A stretch of DNA of 63,615 nucleotides, counting the filler, from Lenisia limosa (taxonomy: Eukaryota > Protista > Breviatea), in assembly GCA_001655205.1 (NCBI GenBank). It is 7 parts of 7 records of this genome, joined end to end, with 100 filler letters (N's around TTAATTAATTAA, not from the genome) between each part and the next. Parts side by side here need not be neighbours in the genome. Positions count along the whole stretch, not along the records: positions 61,595 to 63,615 come from LPNZ01010580.1; 6 more parts are not named here. One strand, 5' to 3'. The notes beneath the pieces were generated by a model. It saw only the letters and a list, made by a program, of their open reading frames with translations. It had not been told where the DNA came from and searched no databases. Each line of letters starts with the position of its first letter. Position 1 is the stretch's first letter. The position numbers and the translations under genes were made by a program. This document shows, one piece after another, positions 61,595-63,615 of this stretch.

Positions 61595-63615
61595 GGGTGA
61601 CAGCATCGTAGCGCTGTACCACGCCCGATTCGCGACCTGCGGGGGTTATACGCCTCCATATATGGCTGGATTTGTTGAAAGGGGAAACAACAAGCCAGCC
61701 ACACCATAAAAATGACCAAGTCAGCCACACCCCCACATGTTAATAAGGGATAATATTGATTATAGGATACTAAGGCAATGGCTGACAAAAATGATGGGCT
61801 TGAAGGGGGAAAATACTACAAAAAAAAACTCCAGCATTTCAAGCCCCCCCCCCCCCAAAAANNNNNNNNNNNNNNNNNNNNNNNNNNNNNNNNNNNNNNN
61901 NNNNNNNNNNNNNNNNNNNNNNNNNNNNNNNNNNNNNNNNNNNNNNNNNNNNNNNNNNNNNNNNNNNNNNNNNNNNNNNNNNNNNNNNNAATTACTTGAC
62001 AAGCTTTGTCTGAAATAGTGTTCTCGTTATAATTTGTCCCATTTCAAATTTTGAATTGTCAATTAATCGTACGGAGCCCTAATTGTTTGCCTCCCCCCCT
62101 CCCACCAATAAACAGGGAGTGTTTGCTTGAAGTAACGCAGCAAATGACATCCTGCGTTGGAGGCGCCTTAGTCGGGTCCGAGTCCTGTCCTGATGCACTT
62201 GGTGCGAAGTCGATGTGGAAGAGCCGCTCCTGAGCTGCGGGCTTCTTGCCCGAGTCTGAACAAGGTGTGGGTGAATATAGGGGGGGAGTGGCGCTTTATG
62301 TACATGTGGGATCAGCGCTTTATGTACATGTAGGGATCAGCGCTTTATGTAGGGATCAGCGCTTTATNNNNNNNNNNNNNNNNNNNNNNNNNNNNNNNNN
62401 NNNNNNNNNNNNNNNNNNNNNNNNNNNNNNNNNNNNNNNNNNNNNNNNNNNNNNNNNNNNNNNNNNNNNNNNNNNNNNNNNNNNNNNNNNNNNNNNNNNN
62501 NNNNNNNNNNNNNNNNNNNNNNNNNNNNNNNNNNNNNNNNNNNNNNNNNNNNNNNNNNNNNNNNNNNNNNNNNNNNNNNNNNNNNNNNNNNNNNNNNNNN
62601 NNNNNNNNNNNNNNNNNNNNNNNNNNNNNNNNNNNNNNNNNNNNNNNNNNNNNNNNNNNNNGACCAACTCCTCTCCACAGACAACCACGTGCTCTTCAGT
62701 CATCGAAATGTGCAGCGGTTCCACGTTGATGTACTGACTGTCTACGGGCGTGCCAATGGCGTTGCACGTGATCAGAATGTACCTTGATTGTTAGGAGGGA
62801 AGAAGGATGGATAAGAATGTATCTTTAGTATACCCCCCCCCCACTGTCCGGCTGGATCATCAGTTCGCGCAACGAGCACGCAATATTCGCCTCCAGCGTT
62901 AACTGAAACCAGTCTCTTCACGTATTTGACGTGTCTGCAATGACATTAGTCACATTATATGCGTAGCTTTTCAGAAAATGTGTCTGTATTAATGACAAAA
63001 AGAGTCTCGAAATTAATCTATTAATTCTCAAAATACCCTGGGAGTACAATCATCCAAATGCCCACTTCTCAGAAGTGACAGTGTTCCAAAACACGACACA
63101 AGCCTCGGGACGGTCCGGCTTGGAATAGGCGTAGCAAAGAGTCTGCGCGAAGTAGCACCATTTGTAATCTGGCCTGGGGGGGGGGGGTAAAATNNNNNNN
63201 NNNNNNNNNNNNNNNNNNNNNNNNNNNNNNNNNNNNNNNNNNNNNNNNNNNNNTGACACAAAAAAACCCAAATCAACTCTTTTGGCTGACAATACACAAG
63301 TGTTGATAACAACAACAAACAAAACCCAGGCCAGTCGCTTCTGTAGCACCGCATACCATCGTAAATATTGAAATTTCAACAGAAAAAAATCCCAAAATCA
63401 ACTATTTATATAATTGCCTCTTTTTTGAAGATAGGCCTGCCCCCACACCTGATATTGGCGAAGCATATAGCCCTGCACCTGACATTGGCCAAGTATAGCC
63501 CTACCGCACTTGATATTGGCGAAGTATATAGCCCTACCGCACCTGATATTGGCGAAGTATATAGCCGAGTCCACGGCAAGAGCGATTTTCAGGCCGTTTC
63601 CGTTCCAGGCCATTG
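61595..63615 (-). CDS. WDR35: Intraflagellar transport protein IFT121/WDR35, internal fragment
   Basis: Spliced [24 protein letters not shown]|[106 protein letters not shown]. This is colinear with WDR35 as I recall it. Confidence 0.93.
62289..62367. repeat. Intronic minisatellite (CAGCGCTTTATGTACATGTAGGGAT variants, at least 4 copies, runs into a gap)
   Basis: Read directly. Confidence 0.85.
63446..63567 (-). repeat. Four tandem 30-33 bp copies of a WDR35 exon end plus 5' splice site
   Basis: GGCTATATACTTCGCCAATATCAG|GTGCGGTAG unit; GT positions at 63542, 63509, 63478 and 63448. Confidence 0.9.

Noticed and set aside
1-63615. tRNA, rRNA or snRNA genes
   Set aside because: No cloverleaf, rRNA signature or U1/U2/U5/U6 motif was recognised by eye; a tRNAscan/Infernal run would be needed to exclude them.

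Overview
Draft-assembly DNA from an intron-rich microbial eukaryote. IFT121/WDR35 and a CCDC57-like gene imply a flagellated organism, but I cannot name it. The window is not one locus: six identical linkers (44 N + TTAATTAATTAA + 44 N) join seven separate scaffold pieces. (1) 1-27084 is gene-dense: a minus-strand membrane protein with a nucleotide-cyclase-like helix, a RarA/WRNIP1-lid-like protein, an aldo-keto reductase, a Glu/Lys-rich repeat protein, a CCDC57-like coiled-coil gene and a decayed LINE. (2) 27185-42353 lies entirely inside one giant (>4,500 aa) surface receptor-like gene with about 31 tandem ~97-aa Ig/filamin-like repeats, a Cys-rich region and a multi-pass TM domain. (3) 42454-45347 is repeat-rich, with small exons. 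(4) 45448-51795 has a 37-bp TIR element, part of an alkaline phosphatase gene and a hAT-type MITE. (5) 51896-56254 has palindromic minisatellites ahead of an orphan GC-rich ORF of >1,150 aa. (6) 56355-61494 has a G9a/SUV39-type SET methyltransferase. (7) 61595-63615 is part of WDR35. The most unusual signal is one repeated sequence module that forms the 3' end and acceptor of introns in three unrelated genes on three scaffolds (Introner-like). There are also tandem duplications that copy splice sites. All translations and splice assignments were made by eye; no database searches were run.
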